Positions 26,993-35,885 of a stretch of 64,000 bases of DNA are shown here, piece after piece; within the stretch, counting starts at the first letter, position 1, and the number at the start of each line of letters is the position of its first letter. The DNA lies in the NCBI GenBank assembly GCA_965367815.1, contig CBDUKN010000007.1, forward strand, positions 22,076 to 86,075, given 5' to 3'. Position numbers and translations under genes: made by a program. The notes below the pieces were generated by a model. The model searched no databases. It was given only the letters and a program-made list of their open reading frames with translations, and was not told the DNA's origin. Origin of the DNA: an uncultured Thermoprotei archaeon. Its GTDB lineage: Archaea > Thermoproteota > Thermoprotei > Thermofilales > B15-G2.

Positions 26993-28726
26993 GTGTTTAA
27001 AAAACTATTACCTTATATAAGAAGACATATTAAATATTTCCTAATATCTTTAGTACTATTATTCCTATCTAATCAGTTGAGTGTAATAGTACCTCTTATA
27101 TCGAAAGACATCATAGATAAGTGCATTATAGGAGGAAATCTAGAGCTACTACCTAGACTAGTTATTTTAACTATAGTTCTTTCCGTAGCTTCGGCAGGCC
27201 TCGGTGCTTTAAGAGGATATATTAACACATTTTTTGCCCAAAAAATAGTATACGAGCTTAGAGTTGACGCATTTAAAGCGGTTCAACGTCAGTCATATGT
27301 ATTCTTTTCTAAAATGCCAATAGGTCAGCTGATCTCGAGAATCACTAGCGACACCGATGTTGTTTCAAGTTTTCTCAGCAGACCTTTACCTAATGCTCTC
27401 AACGCGATTATTTTAGGAGTTCTAGCTTTCAGTGCAATGACGTCGATAAACTTAAAGCTCACATTCATGATATTTCCCTTCTTTATTGTAATAGTGCTGA
27501 TTTTCTACAGATATTCTTCGCTAATAAGACCTCTTTTCCTAAAAATTAGAAATCAGTATGGAAGATTAACTTCAATTACTAATAATTCTCTAGTAGGTAT
27601 AATAACTATAAAAGCTTTAGGTGTAGAAGAATATTCTATTAAAAACTTTAAAGAAGAGAACAGTAGATACTTTGATTTGACAATGAAAGCTGCTAAAGTG
27701 AGGGCAACGTATATACCGCTAGTATCACTCATAATTGGTATAGCTACAGTTATGATCCTCTACTATGGAGGAATCGAAACCATATTAGGAGCATTTACCG
27801 TAGGAAGTCTTTTAGCTTTTATAAGTTATCTTACAATGCTTGCATGGCCCTTCAGGTTTATAGGCTTCTTCGTGACATCTTTTCAGAGGTCAATGACTGC
27901 TGCAAAAAGAGTGTTCGATTTAATAGAGGCAGTCCCCGAAGTAAAAGAAAAACCTGATGCTATACCTATGCCTCCAATTAAAGGACACATTGTCTTCGAA
28001 AATGTTAGCTTTGGCTTTAGCAAAGATAGACTTGTCCTAAAGAATATAAACCTTGAAATAAAGCCTGGAGAAAAAGTAGCTGTTGTAGGTCCAACAGGCT
28101 CAGGTAAAACGCTGCTAGTAATGATGATTCCAAGGTTCTTTGATCCGATTGAAGGAAGAATACTGATAGATGGAATTGATGTAAGAGATGTTAAAATAAG
28201 ATCTTTGCGCAAACAAATAGCGATAGTTCCTCAAGAACCCTATATTTTCGCCGGGACTATCAAAGATAATATTGCTTTCGGTAAGCCTAAAGCCCGATTA
28301 GATGAAATAGTTAGGGCAGCAAAAATTGCTAGAATACACGATTTCATAGAGAAGCTTCCACAGAAATATGATACACTGGTTGGAGAAAGAGGAATAACGC
28401 TTTCCGGTGGGCAGAAGCAGAGAATAGCTATTGCAAGAGTTATTCTCGTAGACCCCAAGATACTCATACTAGATGACCCTACATCGAATCTCGATGCACA
28501 AACCGAGAAAGAATTTGTTGAGATGCTCAAAGACGTGATAAAAGGCAAGACTACAATTATTATAACTTCTAGACCAGCTTTACTCAAACTAGCAGACAGA
28601 ATAGTCGTGCTGAAAGATGGAACTATTGTGGAAGAAGGAACCCACGAAGAGCTTCTCGCTAAAAAGGGTCTATATTACAGGCTTTATGAAGAGATGGTTA
28701 AAATGGCTGAAGTTGAGGTGAAATAA
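26993..28726 (+). CDS. ABC exporter half-transporter (TMD-NBD), degenerate-site subunit
   Basis: Walker A is GPTGSGKT and the signature is LSGGQKQR. Walker B is ILILDD (Asp where the catalytic Glu is expected), and the H-loop reads 'IITSR' with no His. Confidence 0.9.
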   Translation: MFKKLLPYIRRHIKYFLISLVLLFLSNQLSVIVPLISKDIIDKCIIGGNLELLPRLVILTIVLSVASAGLGALRGYINTFFAQKIVYELRVDAFKAVQRQSYVFFSKMPIGQLISRITSDTDVVSSFLSRPLPNALNAIILGVLAFSAMTSINLKLTFMIFPFFIVIVLIFYRYSSLIRPLFLKIRNQYGRLTSITNNSLVGIITIKALGVEEYSIKNFKEENSRYFDLTMKAAKVRATYIPLVSLIIGIATVMILYYGGIETILGAFTVGSLLAFISYLTMLAWPFRFIGFFVTSFQRSMTAAKRVFDLIEAVPEVKEKPDAIPMPPIKGHIVFENVSFGFSKDRLVLKNINLEIKPGEKVAVVGPTGSGKTLLVMMIPRFFDPIEGRILIDGIDVRDVKIRSLRKQIAIVPQEPYIFAGTIKDNIAFGKPKARLDEIVRAAKIARIHDFIEKLPQKYDTLVGERGITLSGGQKQRIAIARVILVDPKILILDDPTSNLDAQTEKEFVEMLKDVIKGKTTIIITSRPALLKLADRIVVLKDGTIVEEGTHEELLAKKGLYYRLYEEMVKMAEVEVK

Positions 28727-30510
28727 TGCATAGAGCACTGTGGATGGAGCCTGTGAAAGGAGAACATAAAATACCTCTTAAGGTTCTTTTAAAAAGGCTA
28801 GCTAAATTACTGGCTCCGTATAAGTGGGTTCTCTTAGGAGTCTTCGTCGTAACTATTCTGTGCGCTTTAATAGGGCTTGTTCAACCCTATTTAATTAAAG
28901 TCGCCATAGACAGCGGAATAAGTAAAGGCAATATGGAAGTGCTACTGAAGGCTTCAGCTTTATATCTGCTGGCAGTTGTGTCGCTCTGGGCTTTCGACTC
29001 AATAAGATCTTATTATTTCGAGTGGATAGGAAATAGATTTGTATACGACTTAAGAGAAAAATTATTCAATCACATGGTAGGCCTATCTCACAGCTTTTTC
29101 GCGAAATCTCGTGTAGGAGACCTTATAGCCCGTGTAATGAGCGACTGTGCCAGAGTAAGAGACGTTTTCATAAGTGGACTAGTAGCTGTAGCCGGCGACA
29201 TTGTAAGCCTAGCAGGCGCACTAATCATAATGTTCATACTAAACGTTGAGCTAACACTAGTTACGCTCACAATTATTCCCGCTATGATTATTGCAGCCTA
29301 CTTGTTTACAACTAGATTTAGGAGAGTCTTCATGAAAGTTAGGGAAAAAACTTCGGAGCTCACAACTAAAGTACAAGAAAGTGTCTCGGGTATACGTGAA
29401 ATACAGGCTTTTGCTAAAGAAAAAAGAAGTCTAAGAGAGTTCTGTAAAGTCAGTGAAGAGGCTCTCGAAGCTAGAATAGAGGCTACAAAAACATTTTCTC
29501 TTTTTCTGCCGCTAATGAACATTATAATCACAATAGGCTCGGCTCTAGTAATATGGTACGGCGGACTAATGGTTGTAGCAGGCAGAACTACTGTAGGAGT
29601 ACTAGTAGCGTTTATAACCTATACATCTAGGTTCTTCAGGCCAATATTTACACTAGTATCAATGTACAATATAGTCCAAGAGGCGCTTGTCGCTTTAGAG
29701 AGAGTATTTGAGGTAATGGACGTTAAACCCGAAGTAGTCGACAAACCTGGAGCACTAGAACTAAAAGAAGTCAAAGGACATATAGTATTTGAAGACGTAT
29801 GGTTCTCCTACGACAAAAAGACTCCTGTACTTAAAGGAGTGAGCTTTGAAGTCAGGCCTGGAGAAAAACTAGCGATAATTGGTCCTACTGGAGCAGGAAA
29901 AACAACAATTGTATATCTTCTCTGCAGGTTCTACGACCCCGATAAAGGGAGAGTTCTCGTAGATGGACACGACTTGAGAAATGTTAAGCAGAAGTCTCTA
30001 AGAAAATTCATAGGCTATGTTCCGCAAGACACTATACTTTTTCCAGGAACAGTAAAAGATAATATTAAAGTAAGTAAACCGGAGGCAAGCGACGAAGAAG
30101 TAGTAGAAGTATGCAAGAAGCTCGGAATACACCACATAATAGAAAAGCTTCCTCAAGGATACGATACAGACATAGGTGAATTCGGTAAAAGACTTTCAGC
30201 AGGCCAAAAACAGCTAATATCAATAGCTAGAGCACTTCTCAAGGATCCTCCGATACTGATACTAGACGAGGCAATGTCTAACGTCGATCCAGCTACAGAA
30301 AGCATAGTTAAGAGAGCTCTAGATATTCTGATGAAAAACAGAACTACTATAATAATAGCACATAGACTTACTCTAGCCAGAGACGCCGATAAAATAATAG
30401 TAATTCAAGATGGCAGAATAATAGAAGAAGGCAGTCACGCCGGATTAATGGCGAAGAAAGGAGTATATTACAGACTTTATACAGCACAAATGGGAATAGC
30501 TGCTAAATAA
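28726..30510 (+). CDS. ABC exporter half-transporter (TMD-NBD), consensus-site subunit
   Basis: Walker A is GPTGAGKT, Walker B is ILILDE and the H-loop is 'IIAHR'. The signature is weakened to LSAGQKQ. The start overlaps the upstream stop (TAATG). Confidence 0.9.
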   Translation: MHRALWMEPVKGEHKIPLKVLLKRLAKLLAPYKWVLLGVFVVTILCALIGLVQPYLIKVAIDSGISKGNMEVLLKASALYLLAVVSLWAFDSIRSYYFEWIGNRFVYDLREKLFNHMVGLSHSFFAKSRVGDLIARVMSDCARVRDVFISGLVAVAGDIVSLAGALIIMFILNVELTLVTLTIIPAMIIAAYLFTTRFRRVFMKVREKTSELTTKVQESVSGIREIQAFAKEKRSLREFCKVSEEALEARIEATKTFSLFLPLMNIIITIGSALVIWYGGLMVVAGRTTVGVLVAFITYTSRFFRPIFTLVSMYNIVQEALVALERVFEVMDVKPEVVDKPGALELKEVKGHIVFEDVWFSYDKKTPVLKGVSFEVRPGEKLAIIGPTGAGKTTIVYLLCRFYDPDKGRVLVDGHDLRNVKQKSLRKFIGYVPQDTILFPGTVKDNIKVSKPEASDEEVVEVCKKLGIHHIIEKLPQGYDTDIGEFGKRLSAGQKQLISIARALLKDPPILILDEAMSNVDPATESIVKRALDILMKNRTTIIIAHRLTLARDADKIIVIQDGRIIEEGSHAGLMAKKGVYYRLYTAQMGIAAK

Positions 30511-31069
30511 ACTCCTCGTTGTATTTTATCCCGATAGGACAGACTAGTACACATGATAAGCAAAATACACACTTATAGGTCTTAACTGAACTTAAGCCAA
30601 TAGCGCCTACTGGACAAAAAGCTGTACAAGCTAAACAGTTCTCACAAGGATTAAAATCACCTAAAGCCTGTTTCTTTTCAAAAACCTTATCCAAAGCAAC
30701 TCCCGCAACAACTACTCTAGGACCATACCTAGGTGTAACTAAACGCCCATTTCTTCCAACTACTCCTAAACCACCTTCCTCTGCATATTTCTCAAGAGGT
30801 AAATTAGTAAATGGCGGAATGTACTGAGCAAAAACACCTAGTGACTGTAGCTTTGATACAACATAAAATCCTATTTCAGAAGACTTTCTACAAGCTTCAA
30901 TCATTTTAGAGAAAACGTTTCTCTTACTCAGCCCTATGAAGGGAATATAGTACACTAGAATAGACTTAACCCAAGGAAAAATCTCCGCTAAGAGACTATC
31001 AGCCTTAACTACACACCACTCAGTTAAACCTACTTCGTTCAGTACCTTTTCTAATGAGAATATATCCAC
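30503..31069 (-). CDS. 4Fe-4S cluster-binding protein (QueG/reductive-dehalogenase-like C-terminus)
   Basis: It has two Cys clusters, 'CENCLACTAFCP' and 'CVFCLSCVLVCP'. Confidence 0.55.
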   Translation of the reverse strand: MDIFSLEKVLNEVGLTEWCVVKADSLLAEIFPWVKSILVYYIPFIGLSKRNVFSKMIEACRKSSEIGFYVVSKLQSLGVFAQYIPPFTNLPLEKYAEEGGLGVVGRNGRLVTPRYGPRVVVAGVALDKVFEKKQALGDFNPCENCLACTAFCPVGAIGLSSVKTYKCVFCLSCVLVCPIGIKYNEEFI

Positions 31070-31157
31070 ATTAGCTTAGGCTTAAGAAAAGTATTAATTA
31101 TTTTCTGTAAACAGTAAAACCGAAAAATATACTAGCAGTCAAGCGAACTAGCCATAG

Positions 31158-32978
31158 ATGTATTTAACCGAAATAAAGTTCATACAAGAATACTTCAAGC
31201 TGAAAAAACTATTTAGTAAACTGAAACACTATAGTAATATACTCAAAATATACTTTGGATTAAAGTTATATGAATTTATATTAAGATATCCTAATGTGAA
31301 TAAGTATAAATTAATAGAAATAGCTGAATTAAACAAAGATTTCTTTGCAATTAAAGTACTAGAAAAAATATTTGAAAGACCGAGCTATAAAGAGCTAGTC
31401 GAGTACATTATAGAGTCTGAAAACATTAAGCTAGACGGCAACGGAGTACCTTATGTCGAAAAGAAAACTGTCTTGCCGAGGCCTGTTGCATGGACTATTG
31501 TAGGCTTTATTTTCAACAGTAATGTTGTTGAAAAATACATAGATTACTTAAAGCTGTGCATAAAAATAAGTGGTATAAAGGAGTTTCTAGAAGGTAAGCT
31601 AGAGAAGGTAGAGATTTTAGAGCCTCGAAAGTCTCTAAGCTATATTCTGTATAGCTTCCTTACAGGAAAGAATGTTTTATACAAGCAGGTTCTGCTTAAA
31701 GAACTTCTCAAAGCTAGATTTATACTATACTGTAAATTTGCTGAGGAGACGGGAAGAAAACCCTATAGTTTTTCAACTATCCTTTCAGAAAACTATTTAA
31801 AAAGAATCGTTAACTTAGCTTACTTAAGTCTTAGAGAAAGATTTACTATCACACCTGCAGTAGCTCTTTCGGAAGACCTAATTCTATCTAAAAATGTCTC
31901 ATTCACAGTAGTCTACGGTAGCTTAAAGAGAGGCTTTATTAACGCTTTATGGGATTTAGCGAGAGATGTACACGAATACGATATCTTCTCTAAAAGCAAC
32001 ATAGTCTTTTCCGCCTGCCATTGGAAGAAGCTAGCTTTACTTGAAGACAAAATTCTGCTTGCAGAAGGTTTTGTAGGAGAAGGAGACAAAGTAGTGTACG
32101 GGTCTTTAAAGTATCTTCCAGAAGTAAAATGTGTTTTCTTTCTGAACTTTCCATACGGAAAGGAAATAAGTCTTCACAAACATTTATCTGAGATTTTTTC
32201 GCAGAGAGACATTATTCAAGTAAATCCCTATTTTTCATCTAAAATAGCTGATAGCAAGTACTTAACTAATATTGTTTTAAAGAAAGCGAAAATAAATATT
32301 CCTGCTCAGTTGAGGCTCCTCAGGGGCTTAAATTTAAGCTACTGTATAGAGCAGATAAAAGCTTTTTCGAGAGAGCTTGGAGCATCTATACTTGTAGTAA
32401 AGCCTGAGCACGGAACTGAGGGAATACAAGCTGAAGCCTTAGAGTTGTCTAACGAAAGAAAACTAATGCAGTGCTTGCAGAGAATTCTTCAAAGCGATAA
32501 CGCCGTAGTAGAAGAGCTAAGAGGCAACATAGGGTACTTAGGATATCCTACTGTATTTAGAGTAGTTGTTTCATGGAACGGCGAAGACTTTGAGTGCGAA
32601 GGAGGATACGCTATAGTGTCTCCAGCTAAAAGGGAGTACATTGCTTCGGTATCACATGGAGGAAGAATAGTGGACATAAATACTGCTTTAAAAAACCTTT
32701 ACACTTACAGTGAGCTGAAGCAAGTAAACGTGAATTCAGAAATACTAGTTTCTTCTTCTAAAAGAGCCGCTAAAGTACTGAATACTGGTTTCAGTGAAGA
32801 AGACTACTTGAAGTACATGGGCATAGACTTAGTACTTGAGCAGAGAAGTAAAGAAATCGAAGCAGTTGTCATTGAAGTAAATGCGAGACCTAGCGGTCTA
32901 AGTTTCCTAAAGAAAATAGACTCAGGTGAAGTAAACGTTATAAAAAATTTGTTAAAGTATTTAAAGAGATTCGAGTAA
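31158..32978 (+). CDS. ATP-grasp enzyme (RimK-like C-terminal half) with a ~340-aa uncharacterised N-terminal region
   Basis: The C-terminal half has 'ILVVKPEHGTEG', 'ASVSHGGRI' and 'VIEVNARPSG'. The N-terminal half has no motif I recognise. Confidence 0.55.
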   Translation: MYLTEIKFIQEYFKLKKLFSKLKHYSNILKIYFGLKLYEFILRYPNVNKYKLIEIAELNKDFFAIKVLEKIFERPSYKELVEYIIESENIKLDGNGVPYVEKKTVLPRPVAWTIVGFIFNSNVVEKYIDYLKLCIKISGIKEFLEGKLEKVEILEPRKSLSYILYSFLTGKNVLYKQVLLKELLKARFILYCKFAEETGRKPYSFSTILSENYLKRIVNLAYLSLRERFTITPAVALSEDLILSKNVSFTVVYGSLKRGFINALWDLARDVHEYDIFSKSNIVFSACHWKKLALLEDKILLAEGFVGEGDKVVYGSLKYLPEVKCVFFLNFPYGKEISLHKHLSEIFSQRDIIQVNPYFSSKIADSKYLTNIVLKKAKINIPAQLRLLRGLNLSYCIEQIKAFSRELGASILVVKPEHGTEGIQAEALELSNERKLMQCLQRILQSDNAVVEELRGNIGYLGYPTVFRVVVSWNGEDFECEGGYAIVSPAKREYIASVSHGGRIVDINTALKNLYTYSELKQVNVNSEILVSSSKRAAKVLNTGFSEEDYLKYMGIDLVLEQRSKEIEAVVIEVNARPSGLSFLKKIDSGEVNVIKNLLKYLKRFE

Positions 32979-33458
32979 AGCAGCAGCTTCTTTAACTTTG
33001 TTTAAAGCTTCAGAAACTTTCTCTTTATAGGTATTCAGTTTATTCTCAGCCTCTTCTAGTTTCTTTTTAACTTCTTCTAGCTCAGCTTTGAGTTTCTCTA
33101 TATCTTCTTTAGGCGCAGCCCTAACTAAGGGAACTTCTATCTTTACTCCTTCTCTAGCAAAGCGTTCGTAAGTTTCTCTCACAAGTTTTCCTGCCTCAGT
33201 TTTACCAGACAGGTGATTTCTAATAGTAGCTTCAGTTCTACCTAGTTCTTCAGCTATCATTGATATCGTGTAGCCAGCTTTTTCTCTAGCTAAAGCTGCG
33301 GCAGCTACTCCGAGAGAATCTAGCCAAGTTAAGCGTTCTTCAGCATGCTTCATTTTCTCTAAAACATCTTCTCTGAGTAGAGTAGCTATCATTAAGGCAG
33401 TTTCAAGTTTATGAATATCGCTCTTAGTCAAAGGCTTGAGAGGAATTTCTTCGCTCAT
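32961..33458 (-). CDS. HTH DNA-binding protein with a C-terminal coiled coil
   Basis: 'YTISMIAEELGRTEATIRNHLSGKT' is a helix-turn-helix. The last ~50 aa are heptad-like (KLKAELEEVKKKLEEAENKL..). Confidence 0.5.
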   Translation of the reverse strand: MSEEIPLKPLTKSDIHKLETALMIATLLREDVLEKMKHAEERLTWLDSLGVAAAALAREKAGYTISMIAEELGRTEATIRNHLSGKTEAGKLVRETYERFAREGVKIEVPLVRAAPKEDIEKLKAELEEVKKKLEEAENKLNTYKEKVSEALNKVKEAAALLESL

Positions 33459-33576
33459 ACTATAATATATACTGGATTTACAGTATATTATTTAATCGCC
33501 TAAATTTCTTCTCGATCTCGCGGAAAGCTAATAGTATATGCGTTAAGTAAATTAAAGACTTGTTCAACGAATAGGT

Positions 33577-34452
33577 GTGCACGTATTCATAAGTCATATT
33601 TGTCTCCAGTGTCTAGGTAAGCTAGCATACTACTTCGTATCGAAGACTAAGCTCAGTGAAGAAGAGAAAATAAGGGCTACAGCACACCTCTACAGAAAGA
33701 TAGCCGAGCTATTTGAAGGAGATTTAAGCAACTACATGGAGATCTGCGCCAACTTCTACTTAGAAGTATTCAAGGTCACTGGTGAAGAAGACTTATTTGC
33801 TGAAGAAAAGAAGCTGAGCAATGAAATAGCTTTCAAGCTACTTGACTTAGCTAAACAGCATGCCGAAACTCTCAGCGGAGCAATTAAAGTAGCTGCTGTC
33901 GGAAATGCACTAGACTTCGGTACAGGCGTATACGAGGTTTCCCTAGAAGATTTCAAGAAAGAGTTTTCTGAACTTGTATCTCGGGAATTCGCTATAAACG
34001 ACTACAGTGTATTCGTAGAAGACTTAAAGAAGTCTCAGAACATACTCTATGTTCTCGACAATGCTGGAGAAGCAGTATTTGATTTAGTGCTAGTAGAAAA
34101 ACTGAAAGAATATGTAGATGAAGTAATTGTAGCGGCGCGAGACAAGCCTGTACAAAACGACGTGACGGCAAAAGAGGCTCTAGAACTAGGCTTCAGAAAA
34201 ATAGCTAAAGTTATCAGTACTGGGTCTAGAGTACCTGGAATTTATTTAAAGACATGTAGCAGCGAATTCATTGAGATCTTGAAGAACAGCGACCTTGTTG
34301 TTCTCAAAGGACAGGGCAATTACCAGTCAATAGATGAAATAAAGAAAGTTAGAAGCAAGCCTACGTACGCTATTCTGAGAGCAAAGTGTCCTCCAGTAGC
34401 AAAAGCTCTTGGCGTGAAGTACGGAGACTTTGTTTTCAAGAAGCTGATTTAA
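33577..34452 (+). CDS. DUF89 (ARMT1-like damage-control phosphatase) family protein
   Basis: It has 'YVLDNAGEAVFDLVL', 'VVLKGQGNYQS' and an N-terminal C..C pair. Confidence 0.65.
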   Translation: MHVFISHICLQCLGKLAYYFVSKTKLSEEEKIRATAHLYRKIAELFEGDLSNYMEICANFYLEVFKVTGEEDLFAEEKKLSNEIAFKLLDLAKQHAETLSGAIKVAAVGNALDFGTGVYEVSLEDFKKEFSELVSREFAINDYSVFVEDLKKSQNILYVLDNAGEAVFDLVLVEKLKEYVDEVIVAARDKPVQNDVTAKEALELGFRKIAKVISTGSRVPGIYLKTCSSEFIEILKNSDLVVLKGQGNYQSIDEIKKVRSKPTYAILRAKCPPVAKALGVKYGDFVFKKLI

Positions 34453-34485
34453 CGGAAAGAGAAAATCGAGACTTTTAGTACACAT

Positions 34486-34498
34486 GCTTTTTATATAG
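34486..34498 (+). promoter_or_regulatory. TATA box for the envelope operon 34517-42445
   Basis: 'ctttttatatagc' is centred ~25 nt upstream of GTG 34517. Confidence 0.4.
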
Positions 34499-34516
34499 CA
34501 AGCTGAGGTAATTGCC

Positions 34517-35830
34517 GTGTACAAGAAAATAGTATTCTTCATACTCACACTTATTTCCTCGTTTGTAATAATGTATAGCGTAGTATCGAAGTGTCCTCTA
34601 CTGCCCGGCATAGACGGTCCCTACTACTTAGTTCAGACAAATTATCTCTTAAAGTACTTTAAGCTAAAATACATGGATCCTCCTTTGGCTTTCTTTATTC
34701 TAGCTTTCTTCAGATTGTTTATAAGCGACCCCTTTGTAGCGCTTAAAGTAGGAATAACAGTAATTACGTCAAATATAGCAGCCACTATTTTCCTTTACTC
34801 AGATTACTTCACTAAAGACGAAATACAGGCTTTCTTAATTTCGCTTATATTTGTCTTAAACAGCACTACATTTAGACTGCTGCAAGACTTCTGGAAAAAC
34901 ATAACTGGCTTCATTTGGATAGTTCTGTCGCTGTATTTTACTGCAAGAGGGGTAAACGAGAACAACAGAAAGTACTGTATCTTAGCCTCACTATTCATAG
35001 TGCTGACCTATTTAACACATATACTTGACGCAGGAACCATTACCTTGATCTATCTATTTACACCATTTTTTCTTCTAATACACTCTACTAAAAGTGTTAA
35101 GAAAGTATGGGTTCAGGTAGCTACAGCAGCATTAATGCTTGCAGCAGCTTTCGCAGCGCCAATAATTGTCGGAGGAGATATAGCCAAAGGAGTAGCCTTT
35201 ATTGAAGACTTACTGGAGCTAGAGAAAGAGGTAGAAGAATTTCCGCCTATTATTGCTGTAAGGTGGTCGTTTACAGGACTTCTCTTCGGTGCAGCCTGCT
35301 TAATCTTTTCAATATACTATATTAAAAGAAAGCCTGTGTGCAGTATACTGGGAGCAATAGGTGTAGCTTTAATAGCGCTAAATTTACCTTTCATTGAAAG
35401 AGGCTGGCTATGGAGATTTCAGTTAATGAATGGACTTCTCATAACTTTAGCTCTTCCAGTAATTTTAGCGGAAATCGAAGACAAGACCGCTAAAATAGCT
35501 ATACTTCTTCTAATTCTAGGCTTTGTTGTATACGACTCTGCCTACTACTTCGACAGAGGACTCCGTATGAGCATATCTTTAGCTGAATACGCTGAAATAA
35601 AGCTTCTTGTGAAAAAGCTCCCTCCAGGCGCAACTCTAGTAGTACCTAATACTAAGCTAAGGTACTGGATTGAAACATTTTGCGAAAATGTAGTTAGACA
35701 GCCGACAGGAGCTGAGGGAAAGCTTATTCTAGTAATTGAGAAAAGAGTAGTGCACAAAAGACCTCCTTGGCCTGTGTTTTTCAGAGGAAAATTTATTGAA
35801 GCATACATTATATTGAAAAAGAGACCTTAA
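34517..35830 (+). CDS. Polytopic membrane protein (GT-C-glycosyltransferase-like topology; function uncertain)
   Basis: The 437-aa protein has about 11-13 hydrophobic segments and a soluble C-terminal ~90 aa. It is the first gene of a tightly spaced operon. Confidence 0.45.
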   Translation: MYKKIVFFILTLISSFVIMYSVVSKCPLLPGIDGPYYLVQTNYLLKYFKLKYMDPPLAFFILAFFRLFISDPFVALKVGITVITSNIAATIFLYSDYFTKDEIQAFLISLIFVLNSTTFRLLQDFWKNITGFIWIVLSLYFTARGVNENNRKYCILASLFIVLTYLTHILDAGTITLIYLFTPFFLLIHSTKSVKKVWVQVATAALMLAAAFAAPIIVGGDIAKGVAFIEDLLELEKEVEEFPPIIAVRWSFTGLLFGAACLIFSIYYIKRKPVCSILGAIGVALIALNLPFIERGWLWRFQLMNGLLITLALPVILAEIEDKTAKIAILLLILGFVVYDSAYYFDRGLRMSISLAEYAEIKLLVKKLPPGATLVVPNTKLRYWIETFCENVVRQPTGAEGKLILVIEKRVVHKRPPWPVFFRGKFIEAYIILKKRP

Positions 35831-35885
35831 GTTTCACAGGGTAGAAGTTTTTTATAATAGATAATATACAGTACCTTGAGGTGTT

